Under the pieces are notes generated by a model that had not been told where the DNA came from, searched no databases, and was given only the letters and a program-made list of their open reading frames with translations. A program made the translations under genes and the position numbers. From assembly GCA_018651925.1 (NCBI GenBank), contig JABIDC010000003.1, positions 12,956-76,955 of the forward strand: a stretch of 64,000 nt of DNA. The letters run 5' to 3'. The stretch comes from an archaeon (lineage in GTDB: Archaea > Nanobdellota > Nanobdellia > Pacearchaeales > GW2011-AR1). Every line of letters starts with the position of its first letter. The stretch's first letter is position 1. Below are positions 1-9,944 of the stretch, piece after piece.

Positions 1-1
1 A

Positions 2-304
2 GAAATTGTAAAAAGATCTGTGGATAAAAATGGTTCTGCAGCAATTACTTTTTCTCACAGTGAAAGATTTGCTTCAGGACAAGAATATCATGTTGAAAGA
101 AAATATCTATTTGGAGAATTAGGGAGCATAATAAGGGGAAAATATGACAAAGAAGATTTGGGAGAAGTGGGAGAAGATTGTCGATCAGGAATAAAATCAA
201 TGATGAAACCCTATGAAGTTGAATTCTCCGGAAATACTGCAACCATAACTCCTCCAAGAAAAAGTCTTGAAGGGCTTGCCGGCGAACAAAGAACTCTTTT
301 TTAG
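2..304 (+). CDS. hypothetical protein, C-terminal fragment (gene probably continues upstream of the window)
   Basis: The frame of the 20..304 ORF stays open back to base 2 (EIVKRS...). The only in-window start is a GTG at 20. No family motif recognised. Confidence 0.4.
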   Translation, partial: EIVKRSVDKNGSAAITFSHSERFASGQEYHVERKYLFGELGSIIRGKYDKEDLGEVGEDCRSGIKSMMKPYEVEFSGNTATITPPRKSLEGLAGEQRTLF

Positions 305-308
305 TTAT

Positions 309-320
309 CTTTTTATATTT
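309..320 (+). promoter_or_regulatory. TATA-box-like element upstream of fen
   Basis: CTTTTTATATTT is centred about 23-25 nt upstream of the ATG at 339. This fits an archaeal leaderless or short-leader promoter. Confidence 0.4.
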
Positions 321-338
321 CCAAATTCTTAATTTCCT

Positions 339-1376
339 ATGGGACTAAGTATTAAAGACATTATTTCAAAAAAAGAAATTGAAATTCCAAATTTAAAAGG
401 AAAAACTCTCGCAGTTGATGCATTCAACACGCTTTATCAATTTTTATCAACAATAAGACAACACGATGGAATGCCCTTAATGGATGAAAATAAAAATATC
501 ACAAGCCATTTGTCAGGAATTTTCTATCGAAATGTTTCTCTCTTATCTGAAGGAATAAAATTAATTTATGTTTTTGATGGGAAACCTCCTGCACTGAAAG
601 CAAAAATCCATAAAAAAAGAGGTTTAGTTAGAGATGAATATAAAGAAAAATATGAACTTGCAAAATCATCTGAAGATATAACTTTAATGAGAAAATATTC
701 AAGCCAATTAATAAGATTAGAAGATGACATGATTGAAGAAAGCAAAGAACTACTAACTGCCTTAGGGATTCAAGTAATTCAAGCCCCAAGCGAAGGAGAA
801 TCTCAAGCAGCATATTTAGCAAAGAAAAAAGAAGTTTATGCCAGCGCAAGTCAAGATTACGATAGTTTACTTTTCGGAGCACCATTATTAATCAAAAACT
901 TAACTCTTGCTAGAAAGAAAAAAACCTTCTCTGGATATGTTGAAGTGAAACCAGAATTAATTGAATTAGATAAAGTTCTAGAAGAATTAGAAATAAATTT
1001 AGAACAATTAATTTGTATTGGAATTTTAGTTGGAACAGATTATAATCCAAAAGGAATTCCCAGAATAGGACAAAAAAAAGCATTAAAATACGTAAAAGAA
1101 TATGTAACAAAAGAAGAAATTTTTGATTCTCTTAAAGAAAAAATTGATGAACTTGAACCTTTTGACCAATTCGATCCATATGAAATTTATGATTTATTTG
1201 CTAAAGCAGAAGTGAATGACGAAGAAATAAAATTTCCAGAAATAAACTTTGCAAAGATAAAAGAAATTCTTGTTACAAGACATGGCTTTTCTGAAGAAAG
1301 AATTGATAAGCAATTAGAAAAATTGAAAAAAATTGAAGAGGATAAAAAACAAGGCAATTTGGATAAATGGTTTTAA
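339..1376 (+). CDS. fen: flap endonuclease 1 (FEN1)
   Basis: 345 aa. XPG-N type N-terminus (LAVDAFNTLYQFLSTIR), acidic XPG-I region (GESQAAYLA...SQDYDSLLFG), helical-arch basic region, and a C-terminal PCNA-binding PIP box QGNLDKWF. Confidence 0.95.
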   Translation: MGLSIKDIISKKEIEIPNLKGKTLAVDAFNTLYQFLSTIRQHDGMPLMDENKNITSHLSGIFYRNVSLLSEGIKLIYVFDGKPPALKAKIHKKRGLVRDEYKEKYELAKSSEDITLMRKYSSQLIRLEDDMIEESKELLTALGIQVIQAPSEGESQAAYLAKKKEVYASASQDYDSLLFGAPLLIKNLTLARKKKTFSGYVEVKPELIELDKVLEELEINLEQLICIGILVGTDYNPKGIPRIGQKKALKYVKEYVTKEEIFDSLKEKIDELEPFDQFDPYEIYDLFAKAEVNDEEIKFPEINFAKIKEILVTRHGFSEERIDKQLEKLKKIEEDKKQGNLDKWF

Positions 1377-1420
1377 CTTTTCTCCAAAACTAATATAAAC
1401 CAAAATGAATATTTTTTCAT

Positions 1421-2017
1421 ATGAAAAAAGAGATTATAAGAGAAATTAAGGAACACATCCCCTTTACTTTTTTTGCAACATTGTCTGCAATAATTTTAAC
1501 AGCGATAATCTTTTTTGGCATGAAAATTCAAAACCTTCAATCAACTTTTGAAGTAATTCACCCAATCCATTTATTTGTTTCAGCAATTGTCACCGCTGGA
1601 ATTTATTATAAATATAAAAATAATTTCATTGAAGCTCTAGGAATCGGAATAATTGGGTCAATTCTTATTGGAAGTCTTAGCGACATAATTTTACCTTATC
1701 TTGGAGGAAATCTTTTATCTCTAAATACAAACTTTCACCTCCCCATTCTAGAAATTCCTTTCGTAATTATCATAACGGCGATTATTGGTTCAATAGTTGG
1801 AATAAAAACAGGAATAACCCATTTCCCTCATTTCTTCCATGTGTTCCTTTCAGTATTCGCAAGCCTATTTTACTTAATTGCATTCTCTTCAACACTAAGT
1901 TTAACTTACCTTGCAATATCCACAATAATAATCTTTATCGCGGTATTAATTCCTTGTTGCATCAGCGATATAATTTTCCCATTAATTTTTGTTAAAGGAA
2001 AATGTTGTAAAAAATAA
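1421..2017 (+). CDS. polytopic membrane protein, unknown function
   Basis: 198 aa with about 6 hydrophobic segments and a Cys-rich basic tail KGKCCKK. No family recognised. Confidence 0.6.
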   Translation: MKKEIIREIKEHIPFTFFATLSAIILTAIIFFGMKIQNLQSTFEVIHPIHLFVSAIVTAGIYYKYKNNFIEALGIGIIGSILIGSLSDIILPYLGGNLLSLNTNFHLPILEIPFVIIITAIIGSIVGIKTGITHFPHFFHVFLSVFASLFYLIAFSSTLSLTYLAISTIIIFIAVLIPCCISDIIFPLIFVKGKCCKK

Positions 2018-2023
2018 TTATTC

Positions 2024-2776
2024 TTATTTCTTTTTTAAATTCAAATAAAGATTCTTGTAAAAGAAAATTGTAAAAGGAACAACTACAAAATAAGCAAGAG
2101 AAGAAATTAGAGCAAAAATCTCAAGCCAAACTAATTGTATTGTTGAAGGAATAATTCCCATTGCCATTCTTAATTTTAAAAAGGATCCAAAAATTCCTTC
2201 AGGAATTGAAAAAACAAAAGAAATTATTAAAGTAAAAATTGCGATTAAAATAACAAATCCGAAAGTTCTCCACCAGTTTCCCTTAATTAATTTTTTACTT
2301 GATCTCATTGATTCCCAAATTGTACTCTTCTTATCAATTAAAAGATATTCAGAAAGAATCCAATAAATAGCAAAGATAATTCCAGGAATAATAAAGAGAA
2401 GAGACCAAAGAGAAACAAAAAGGCCAATTAAGATAAAAAGACCAACAAAAGCCCAGAAATATTTCTTTCCTCCTTCAAGGGTTTCATTAAAATTAATTTT
2501 CTTTTTTTGCAAAGAAAAATAAACTAACGAGGAAGCCATCAATACATAAAAAATTCCTAAAAACAAATCAAATAAAAAAGAAAAAGGAAATTCCATTTCA
2601 AAATCTAAAAGATCATAAGAAAAATAACCTGTATTTATATACAGAATAATTTGAAAAATAGAAACAAGAATCAATGGAATAAAATAAAGTAAAAAAACTA
2701 CCTTGGAAGTTAATTTAAAATTATTTTTTAATTCTCCAACTGAGTCATTGAATAAATCTCCAAACCCTCTTTTCAT
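2024..2776 (-). CDS. polytopic membrane protein, unknown function
   Basis: Several TM segments. Start moved to the internal ATG (MKRGFGDLF, CAT at 2774-2776) so the ORF no longer overlaps the divergent methyltransferase gene. Confidence 0.55.
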   Translation of the reverse strand: MKRGFGDLFNDSVGELKNNFKLTSKVVFLLYFIPLILVSIFQIILYINTGYFSYDLLDFEMEFPFSFLFDLFLGIFYVLMASSLVYFSLQKKKINFNETLEGGKKYFWAFVGLFILIGLFVSLWSLLFIIPGIIFAIYWILSEYLLIDKKSTIWESMRSSKKLIKGNWWRTFGFVILIAIFTLIISFVFSIPEGIFGSFLKLRMAMGIIPSTIQLVWLEIFALISSLAYFVVVPFTIFFYKNLYLNLKKK

Positions 2777-2826
2777 AAAATAATTAAAACAATATGCTTT
2801 ATAAAGATTATACTTTTTCAAAAAAC

Positions 2827-3801
2827 ATGAGAAAAGAAAAGAAAATTCCCGAACCAAACCCCTTATTTCTAGAAAGAATGCAAGAAATATTTAATAGTGA
2901 AAAGGATTACAAAGAATACTTGGAAATTCTCAAGCACAAACCCTCAAAATCAATTCGTTGCAATACATTAAAAGTCTCTCCCGAAAAATTAAAGAAAAAA
3001 CTCGAAAGTTATGGGTGGAAATTAGTTCAACCATGGGAAGAATATCCAGAAGTGATGGTAATTGATTGTGAATTAGAACCTGGAGAACTCGGAAGAAGTT
3101 TAGAACATCTACTCGGTTATTATTATATTCAAGAATTAGCTAGTATGCTTCCAATCATTGCGCTAAAACCAAAAGAAAATGATGTAATTTTGGATTTATG
3201 TGCTGCACCAGGAAGTAAAACCACTCAAGCAGCAGCAGAAGCAAAAAACACCGGATTAATTATAGCAAATGAGTTATCAATGGGGAGAATCAAAATTCTT
3301 GCTTCAAATCTCGAAAGATGTGGAGTAACAAATACCATTATTACCAAAAAAGAAGGTGCGGCACTTTCTAAGAGGTTCAAAAAACAAAACTTAAAATTTG
3401 ATAAAATACTAGTCGATGCTCCCTGCTCTGGAGAAGGAACACTTCGAAGCAAATACAAAACACATGGCATGTGGAACATAAAAACAATAATGTCTCTGCC
3501 AAGGATTCAAAAAAGTTTATTTTTAGAATCATTTAAAATCCTAAAAGTTGGAGGAGAAATAATTTATTCAACTTGCACCCATGCTCCTGAAGAAAACGAA
3601 TCAGTTGTAAGTGCAATACTCAATGAATTGGGAGACAGAATAAAAATAGAAAAAATTAAAATTCCTGTAACAACAAGAAAAGGACTAACAAAATGGAAAA
3701 ATGATGAATATAATAAAGGAGTAGAATTGGCTTGCAGAGTTTATCCCCAAGATAATGATACAGATGGATTTTTCCTAAGTAAATTTACAAAATTAAAATG
3801 A
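2827..3801 (+). CDS. NOL1/NOP2/Sun-family RNA (cytosine-C5)-methyltransferase
   Basis: SAM-binding motif DLCAAPGSKT and the two catalytic Cys motifs DAPCSGEGT and YSTCTHAPEENE. ATG at 2827 is preferred over 2794 because of the TATA-like CATAAAATAATT at 2774-2785. Confidence 0.85.
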   Translation: MRKEKKIPEPNPLFLERMQEIFNSEKDYKEYLEILKHKPSKSIRCNTLKVSPEKLKKKLESYGWKLVQPWEEYPEVMVIDCELEPGELGRSLEHLLGYYYIQELASMLPIIALKPKENDVILDLCAAPGSKTTQAAAEAKNTGLIIANELSMGRIKILASNLERCGVTNTIITKKEGAALSKRFKKQNLKFDKILVDAPCSGEGTLRSKYKTHGMWNIKTIMSLPRIQKSLFLESFKILKVGGEIIYSTCTHAPEENESVVSAILNELGDRIKIEKIKIPVTTRKGLTKWKNDEYNKGVELACRVYPQDNDTDGFFLSKFTKLK

Positions 3802-4277
3802 GACCCCCAGAATTCAAAATACTAAACCCGAAAGAGAAAAAAGAAGTTGAAAATAAATTAAAACTTCAATTTGGAATTGACCATATTTCCGGAACAGTTT
3901 TACAAAGAGGAGCAGAAAGATTATTTTTATTCAGAGGAGAATTGGATTACAATCACATAAAAGAAATAGAAGATAATGTTCCTGTTGAAAGAATTGGAAT
4001 CTATTTTGCAAAACATGCACATGACAGCATTAGATTGAGCATTGAAGGAGTTCAAGCCCTAAAAGACCAAATCACCAAAAATATAATTGAATTGAATGAA
4101 GAAGATTCAAAAACTTGGATGTATGGAGAAGAAGTTCAAATTGAAACTGGAAAAAAATGTTATGTTGTAATCAAACATAAAGATTACTTCTTGGGTTGTG
4201 GAAAAGCTTCAGAAAAGAAAATTTCAAACTTCATCCCAAAATCAAGAAGATTGAGAAATAAAAATATTATTAAATAA
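3798..4277 (+). CDS. NIP7-like PUA-domain protein (UPF0113 type)
   Basis: 159 aa. RIGIYFAK...IRLSIEGVQAL followed by the PUA-like segment CYVVIKHKDYFLGCGKA. Its start overlaps the methyltransferase stop (ATGA). Confidence 0.65.
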   Translation: MRPPEFKILNPKEKKEVENKLKLQFGIDHISGTVLQRGAERLFLFRGELDYNHIKEIEDNVPVERIGIYFAKHAHDSIRLSIEGVQALKDQITKNIIELNEEDSKTWMYGEEVQIETGKKCYVVIKHKDYFLGCGKASEKKISNFIPKSRRLRNKNIIK

Positions 4278-4281
4278 TTTT

Positions 4282-4539
4282 ATGAAAAACAATTATCTTG
4301 CAAAACTCAAAAGAACGCTAACCTCGGTTCTTCCAATTTCCAAACAAAGAACAGGGGATTGCATTAACTGTGGGGCTTGCTGCAAACTTCCAAAAAGATG
4401 TTTTTTTCTAAAAACAAAATCTAACGGAAAATCTTATTGTTCAATCTATTTAATCAGACCATTAAATTGTAGAAAATATCCAAGAATAAAATCAGAACAA
4501 TTAACTCAAAAAACTTGTGGTTTCAAATTTAAAAAATAA
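4282..4539 (+). CDS. YkgJ/UPF0153-type cysteine-cluster protein
   Basis: 85 aa with the CxxCxxCC signature (GDCINCGACCK) plus downstream Cys residues. Confidence 0.7.
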   Translation: MKNNYLAKLKRTLTSVLPISKQRTGDCINCGACCKLPKRCFFLKTKSNGKSYCSIYLIRPLNCRKYPRIKSEQLTQKTCGFKFKK

Positions 4540-4541
4540 AA

Positions 4542-4928
4542 CTACTCAACATAAACAGGACGATATTGAAGAATTAAAGAAAATAATTCAATGGAATCTC
4601 TTGAGTCATATTCAACACCAAATGAAGGGTTATATTTTTCATCTAATTGCAAAAGAGATTTAGTATCCCAAAAATCATCTGAATTAATAAGAAACTTTAC
4701 CCTAAAATCTAATCCTCTAAATTGTCCCGCAACAAATTGATCGCGAGTAGTCTCTTCCCCAATAATCTCTGCTGGAACGCCTTTTTCATATAAGTAATCA
4801 ACCAGCCCAGAATGATTCTCTGGAGAATTCCAATTCCCGGTTCTAGAAGATACTCTTTCTCCAACTTCTCTTTCCATAGAAAAAAGAAAAATAAATCCTT
4901 TATAATAATTCTTGTCTTTTAACATCAA
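4542..4928 (-). CDS. hypothetical protein (orphan)
   Basis: 128 aa ORF, Arg/Gly/Asp-rich compared with neighbours. No motif recognised. An internal ATG (MEREVGE) is an alternative start. Confidence 0.5.
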   Translation of the reverse strand: MMLKDKNYYKGFIFLFSMEREVGERVSSRTGNWNSPENHSGLVDYLYEKGVPAEIIGEETTRDQFVAGQFRGLDFRVKFLINSDDFWDTKSLLQLDEKYNPSFGVEYDSRDSIELFSLILQYRPVYVE

Positions 4929-4953
4929 GAAAACTTAAAAACGCTTTCTCCTA

Positions 4954-5400
4954 ATGACTACTATGACTCCAAGGGAATTTCTAAATAAAGCAACATCTCT
5001 AAACGGACACGCTTCACGACAAGTTACAGAACTATTCAGATATTCAACAGCAGGAACAACTGCAGCAATTCTTGATTTTACTGTATTAATAGCATTAGTA
5101 GAAATATTTCATGTAAATTACTTATATGCCGCAGCAATTGGATTTATTGTTGGAACCACAACCTCATTTACCATCGACAAAAAAGGGGGATTCAAGGCAA
5201 CCAAAAGAGGATTCAAACAAGGACTTTTAATCTTCGCAACTTTTAGTGGAATTTGTTTAATATTAACAATATTCACATTAAAATTTGTTGTAGAAAATCT
5301 AGAAATGAATTATATTATTGCTAAATTTCTCGTTGCAATTATAATCAGCATATTAAATTTCGCACTAAATTACAATATTACTTTTGGAGATTTAAAATAA
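4954..5400 (+). CDS. GtrA-family membrane protein
   Basis: 148 aa with 4 TM segments and a GtrA-like N-terminus RYSTAGTTAAILDFTVLIALVE. Confidence 0.75.
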   Translation: MTTMTPREFLNKATSLNGHASRQVTELFRYSTAGTTAAILDFTVLIALVEIFHVNYLYAAAIGFIVGTTTSFTIDKKGGFKATKRGFKQGLLIFATFSGICLILTIFTLKFVVENLEMNYIIAKFLVAIIISILNFALNYNITFGDLK

Positions 5401-6278
5401 TGGAAAAAGAAAAAATACTTTTAGCAGGAGAAATAACAAAAAAAGTAAAAGCAGATGCAAAAGACTTTATAAAAAAAGGAATGCCTCTCTTAGAAATTGC
5501 AGAAAGAATTGAAAATAAAATAGTTGAACTGGGAGGGAAACCAGCGTTTCCAACAAACCTTTCAATAAATAATATTGCAGCACACTACACCCCCTTTCAT
5601 GAAGATAAAACACTAGCCGAAGGACTACTCAAGGTAGATTTTGGCGTCCACATAGACGGCTGGCTATCAGATAATGCATTCAGTTTAGACCTAGAAAATT
5701 CTGAACTTAATAAAAAATTAATCGAGAGCTCAAAAAACGCATTAAAAAAAGCATTAGAAACAATTGAAATAAAAAAAACAACAAATGAAATTGGGAAAGT
5801 GATTGAAGACACAATTCAAGAAAAAGGATTTCAACCGATAAGAAACCTTTCAGGACACTCAATGGACCAATATGATTTACATGCAGGAATAACCATGCCA
5901 AACATCGATGACAATTCAAATATAGAAATTCCTGGGGGACTTTATGCAATTGAACCTTTTGCAACAACTGGCTCAGGAAAAGTTCACGATGGAAAACCTT
6001 CTGGAATTTACATGATCGTTGATGATAAAAACATCCGAAGCCCGATTGCAAGAGAAGTTTTAAATTTTATAATTGATGAATATCAAACAATTCCTTTTTG
6101 TGAAAGATGGATAATTAAAAAAGTTGGAGCAAAAGCATTATTTGGATTAAGACAATTAGAACAAAATGGAAATCTTCATCAATTCAAACAACTAGTTGAA
6201 GAAAAAGGAGCTTTAGTTTCTCAAGCAGAAAATACAATTCTTTTATTAGAAAGTGAAAAAATAATCACCACAGAATAA
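5400..6278 (+). CDS. map: methionine aminopeptidase, type II (archaeal/eukaryotic type)
   Basis: 292 aa. Metal-ligand context AAHYTP, VDFGVHIDGW, SGHSMDQYDLHAG, EPFATTG and QAENTIL. Confidence 0.9.
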   Translation: MEKEKILLAGEITKKVKADAKDFIKKGMPLLEIAERIENKIVELGGKPAFPTNLSINNIAAHYTPFHEDKTLAEGLLKVDFGVHIDGWLSDNAFSLDLENSELNKKLIESSKNALKKALETIEIKKTTNEIGKVIEDTIQEKGFQPIRNLSGHSMDQYDLHAGITMPNIDDNSNIEIPGGLYAIEPFATTGSGKVHDGKPSGIYMIVDDKNIRSPIAREVLNFIIDEYQTIPFCERWIIKKVGAKALFGLRQLEQNGNLHQFKQLVEEKGALVSQAENTILLLESEKIITTE

Positions 6279-6467
6279 TTATCTACGCCCATCTAAATCA
6301 ATTGCTTCTTGCATATGAATATCTCGATATGGATCTGGTTTTGGAGGCATTGGGCAATCACAAATTTCCGCTCTTGCAACATAAATATTTCGAAGAGCAC
6401 ATACATTTTTGCACTCCCCAGCATTTAATGCCAATCTTCCCAAGGGACTAATTCCCTGCATAAACAT
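6279..6467 (-). CDS. small Cys-containing ORF, possibly the frameshifted C-terminus of 6448..6888
   Basis: 62 codons open. It overlaps the end of the upstream ORF by 20 nt in another frame, and its own frame is closed by a TAA only 3 codons before its ATG. Confidence 0.3.
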   Translation of the reverse strand: MFMQGISPLGRLALNAGECKNVCALRNIYVARAEICDCPMPPKPDPYRDIHMQEAIDLDGRR

Positions 6468-6888
6468 AAGTTGTTATTTTTGGTGCCCCAGAAACCATTG
6501 GAGTATCTAATTCTAAAATTAAATCCATTTCTGTTTCATTAAATTCCAAAACCTCTTCAGGAGTTTCATTAATTAATTCAGTTTTATTTATCTCAGGAAT
6601 TTCGGTAGAATTTATTTCTTCTGGATCTTCAATTGTATCATTAATAATTGACGTATCATTTATCGCTGCATCATTAACTCCAACAGTATTGTTTATTTCT
6701 TCAATTTCTGTATTATTTATTTCAGTTTGATTTAAAATTGAATCATTAATATAAATTATTTTTTTAGAAGGAATTCGTTTATCCAACGCCATTGAAAGTT
6801 CTTTTGAATCTTCATAAACAAGAGTTGTAATTAACGGCAATACCAATATCAAAATCAGAACTGCAAAAGAAAAATGAATATTTTTCAT
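6448..6888 (-). CDS. secreted/anchored Asn-X-Thr/Ser-rich acidic protein
   Basis: N-terminal signal/anchor (MKNIHFSFAVLILILVLPLITTLV), followed by at least 9 N-x-T/S sequons in about 80 aa (NQT, NNT, NNT, NDT, NDT, NST, NKT, NET, NET). Confidence 0.55.
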   Translation of the reverse strand: MKNIHFSFAVLILILVLPLITTLVYEDSKELSMALDKRIPSKKIIYINDSILNQTEINNTEIEEINNTVGVNDAAINDTSIINDTIEDPEEINSTEIPEINKTELINETPEEVLEFNETEMDLILELDTPMVSGAPKITTYVYAGN

Positions 6889-6946
6889 AAAATTAAATTT
6901 GAATTAAACTATTTAAAGATTATTGCAATGTCACCACTTGAAAATT

Positions 6947-7624
6947 CTATTTTAAAGATTTTACAAAAAGCATTCTTTCTGAATCATGCTTGAACCCTTC
7001 TCTTTTTGCAGAAACATCATAAAGCATTTTTTGGCCACCAATATTGCCACTAACCCGGTCCCAATAATTCCTAGAAATAGGCAAAACTGAAACCTCTGGA
7101 ATCCCCATTTCTTCTGCCCAATTTGAAACCAAACGAATAAGAGCACGAGACCATTTAATTGGTTGCAAAGATTTTTTCTTATTTGGAACTCCCTGAATCT
7201 GAGGAATTAAAATTCCCTTCGAAGTAAATTCAAAACCTATTGCAGCAGAATATTGATTACTATGCTGCAAAATAAACTTTAGATTCACATCTCCATAAAC
7301 TCGATTCCGATAATTATCAAAAAAAGATTCTCCTTTTCCAAAATGATATTTGACAGAATATCTCGATAAATCCGCGTTTCGTATTGAATCTCCCAATTTT
7401 TCCCTCATTTCAGAATCTTCTTCAGGAAACATTCTCTCTAATCCCTTTTTATCGGGATTTTTTCTAAAATCTTTTAAAAATTCTGGAATATCAAATCTTG
7501 AAAACCTCTTACCCACACGAAATTTCAATAGCTCGGGGAGAATTCTTGGATGCCTAATTGCAGTTAAACTCGTTTGCAAAGTGCTATCCCTATACCTTTC
7601 TCCAGGCATATCATAATCTACCAT
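6947..7624 (-). CDS. hypothetical protein (orphan)
   Basis: 225 aa ORF. The C-terminal half (IGFEFTSKGILIPQIQG...WAEEMGIPEVSV) vaguely resembles an acyl-CoA N-acyltransferase fold. Not verifiable here. Confidence 0.5.
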   Translation of the reverse strand: MVDYDMPGERYRDSTLQTSLTAIRHPRILPELLKFRVGKRFSRFDIPEFLKDFRKNPDKKGLERMFPEEDSEMREKLGDSIRNADLSRYSVKYHFGKGESFFDNYRNRVYGDVNLKFILQHSNQYSAAIGFEFTSKGILIPQIQGVPNKKKSLQPIKWSRALIRLVSNWAEEMGIPEVSVLPISRNYWDRVSGNIGGQKMLYDVSAKREGFKHDSERMLFVKSLK

Positions 7625-7679
7625 AAAAATTTAAAAAATAACTAATATATAAAACTTACTTCCTGTAACTACTTGAAAA

Positions 7680-9944
7680 TTACTTCTTATTAGAAACTTT
7701 CTTTTTCTCAACTTTTTTCTCAATCTTTGGTTCTTCTTTGGGCAAATCTTTAGGCATATTTTTCATCAACTCAGCCATGTCTGGCATGCCTGGTTGTTCC
7801 ATTCCAAAATTGTTTTTTCGATTATCTACTTTTACTTTTTGTTTTTTAACTTCTTCATAAGCTAAATCAAAATCTTTTTTACTAATTGTTAATTTTTTAT
7901 TTTCAGATTTAAAATTTCTCTTAATGGCATTAATTCCAGCATTTCTTGCAACAGCCTCAATATCCGCACCAGTAAATCCTTCAGAAGATTTAGCATAGAT
8001 CAAAACATCTATTCCTTTTTCTAAGGGCATATTCTTTGTATGAACTTTAAAAATTTCTTCACGTGTTTTCAAATCTGGAATACTCAATTCAACAATTGCA
8101 TCGATCCTTCCAGGACGAAGTAAAGCAGAATCAATTAAATCATGACGATTAGTCGCTGCAATAATCATTACATCTCCTAATTCTTCAACTCCATCTAACT
8201 CAGTTAATAATTGATTAACAATCTTTTCAGAAGAATCACTTCCAGCACCACTCCCTCTTGCTTTTGAAATTGAATCAAACTCATCAAAGAAAATAATTGC
8301 AGGTGCAACTTGTTTTGCTTTCTTAAAAATCTCTCGAACATGTTTTTCACTTTCTCCAACCCATTTTGAAACTAATTCTGGTCCTTTAATTGAAATAAAA
8401 TTTGCATTTGCTTCTGTAGCAACTGCCTTTGCCAAAAGGGTCTTTCCAGTTCCAGGTGGCCCAGTAAGTAAAACTCCTTTCGAAGGTTTAATTCCTGCTT
8501 GCAAATATAAATCTGGACGCATTAAAGGCAACTCAACTAATTCTCTTAATTTTTCTTTTGCTTCTTGCAATCCTCCAACATCAGACCAATGAACATGAGG
8601 TTTCTTAATCAAAACTTCTCGCATTGCAGAAGGTTCCACCTGTTTTAATGCTTGAATAAAATTATCTTTTGAAACAGTAATTTTTTCTAACTCTTCTGCA
8701 GGAATTTTTTCATCTAAATTCTTAAACTTTGCCAAATGAGGTTTCAAGGCCTTCATTCCTGCTTCCTTACATAAAACTTCTAAATCTGCTCCAGTATATC
8801 CAATTGTTTTTATTGCAAGTTCATTAAAATCTACATCTTTTTCTAAAGGCATTCCCCGAGTATGAATTTGTAAAATTTCATAACGTCCTTCTTCACTAGG
8901 AGGATTAATTCTAAGTTCCCTATCAAACCTTCCTGGACGTCGAAGTGCTTCATCAATATCATCTGGACGATTCGTTGCAGCCATCACAACAATTTGTCCA
9001 CGAGATTTAAGTCCGTCCATAATTGTTAAAAGTTGTGCAACAATTCTTTTCTCGGTTTGATCAGTTCCTTCTCCCCTCTTCGGAGCAATAGAATCAATTT
9101 CATCGATAAAAATAATTGCAGGAGAATTCTTTTGAGCTTTTTCAAAAACTTCACGAATATGCTTTTCACTTTCTCCATAATATTTGCTCATGATTTCTGG
9201 ACCAGCAATTGAATAAAAATTTGCTTCAGTTTCAGTTGCAACCGCTTTTGCTAAAAGAGTTTTTCCCGTTCCAGGTGGCCCAGTAAGTAAAACTCCTTTT
9301 GGAGCCCCAACACCAAGACGTTCAAAAACTTCTGGTTGTTTCATTGGCAATTCTACCATTTCTCTCACTAGTTCAATTTCATCTTTCAATCCACCAATAT
9401 CTTCATAATAAATTCCAGGCGTCGCACCTTCTCCAGAATCAACATCATCACTAACCACAATCTTTGTTGAAGGCCCAACAATAACCCCTTTTCCTTTAGG
9501 CATAACTTTTGAAACAACATAATTTAATCTTGTTCCAAAAACATCAATAACTAATTTTTGTCCGGGAATTAAAGGTTTATCTAAAAGTTTCGTGTGAAAA
9601 TATTCTGTAGGATTATCACTAAACTTTATTCCTTCTTGAGTTGGAGACAAGGTAATTGATTTTGCAACAATTGTTTCAACTTTTTTTATTATTATATCTT
9701 CTCCAATTGTAGCCCCAATTGTTGAACGAATTGTTCCATCAAGACGAACTGCTCCGGTTGTAAGTTCTTCCCCAAACGCACGCATAACTTTTACAATAAC
9801 TGATTTTTTTCCTTTAATCTCAATTAAATCTCCTGGGACTAATTTCATTGCGTCTAAATCTTTTGTTAAAATTCTAGCGATTCCTTTATCAATATCTTCT
9901 TGCATAGATTCTGCAACTCTCAAATTAAAATCTTTTTCTACCAT
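7680..9944 (-). CDS. Cdc48/VCP/p97-type AAA+ ATPase (copy 1)
   Basis: 754 aa. N-domain plus two AAA modules, each with Walker A GPPGTGKT, Walker B IIFIDE/IIFFDE and the SRH region. Lys-rich C-terminal tail. Confidence 0.95.
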   Translation of the reverse strand: MVEKDFNLRVAESMQEDIDKGIARILTKDLDAMKLVPGDLIEIKGKKSVIVKVMRAFGEELTTGAVRLDGTIRSTIGATIGEDIIIKKVETIVAKSITLSPTQEGIKFSDNPTEYFHTKLLDKPLIPGQKLVIDVFGTRLNYVVSKVMPKGKGVIVGPSTKIVVSDDVDSGEGATPGIYYEDIGGLKDEIELVREMVELPMKQPEVFERLGVGAPKGVLLTGPPGTGKTLLAKAVATETEANFYSIAGPEIMSKYYGESEKHIREVFEKAQKNSPAIIFIDEIDSIAPKRGEGTDQTEKRIVAQLLTIMDGLKSRGQIVVMAATNRPDDIDEALRRPGRFDRELRINPPSEEGRYEILQIHTRGMPLEKDVDFNELAIKTIGYTGADLEVLCKEAGMKALKPHLAKFKNLDEKIPAEELEKITVSKDNFIQALKQVEPSAMREVLIKKPHVHWSDVGGLQEAKEKLRELVELPLMRPDLYLQAGIKPSKGVLLTGPPGTGKTLLAKAVATEANANFISIKGPELVSKWVGESEKHVREIFKKAKQVAPAIIFFDEFDSISKARGSGAGSDSSEKIVNQLLTELDGVEELGDVMIIAATNRHDLIDSALLRPGRIDAIVELSIPDLKTREEIFKVHTKNMPLEKGIDVLIYAKSSEGFTGADIEAVARNAGINAIKRNFKSENKKLTISKKDFDLAYEEVKKQKVKVDNRKNNFGMEQPGMPDMAELMKNMPKDLPKEEPKIEKKVEKKKVSNKK

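Noticed and set aside
2794-2857. Apparent 64-nt overlap of the divergent ORFs 2024..2857 and 2794..3801
   Set aside because: It is resolved by using internal ATGs (2776 and 2827). Both leave intact domains and free the TATA-like spacer. The long versions add only hydrophobic or low-complexity N-termini.
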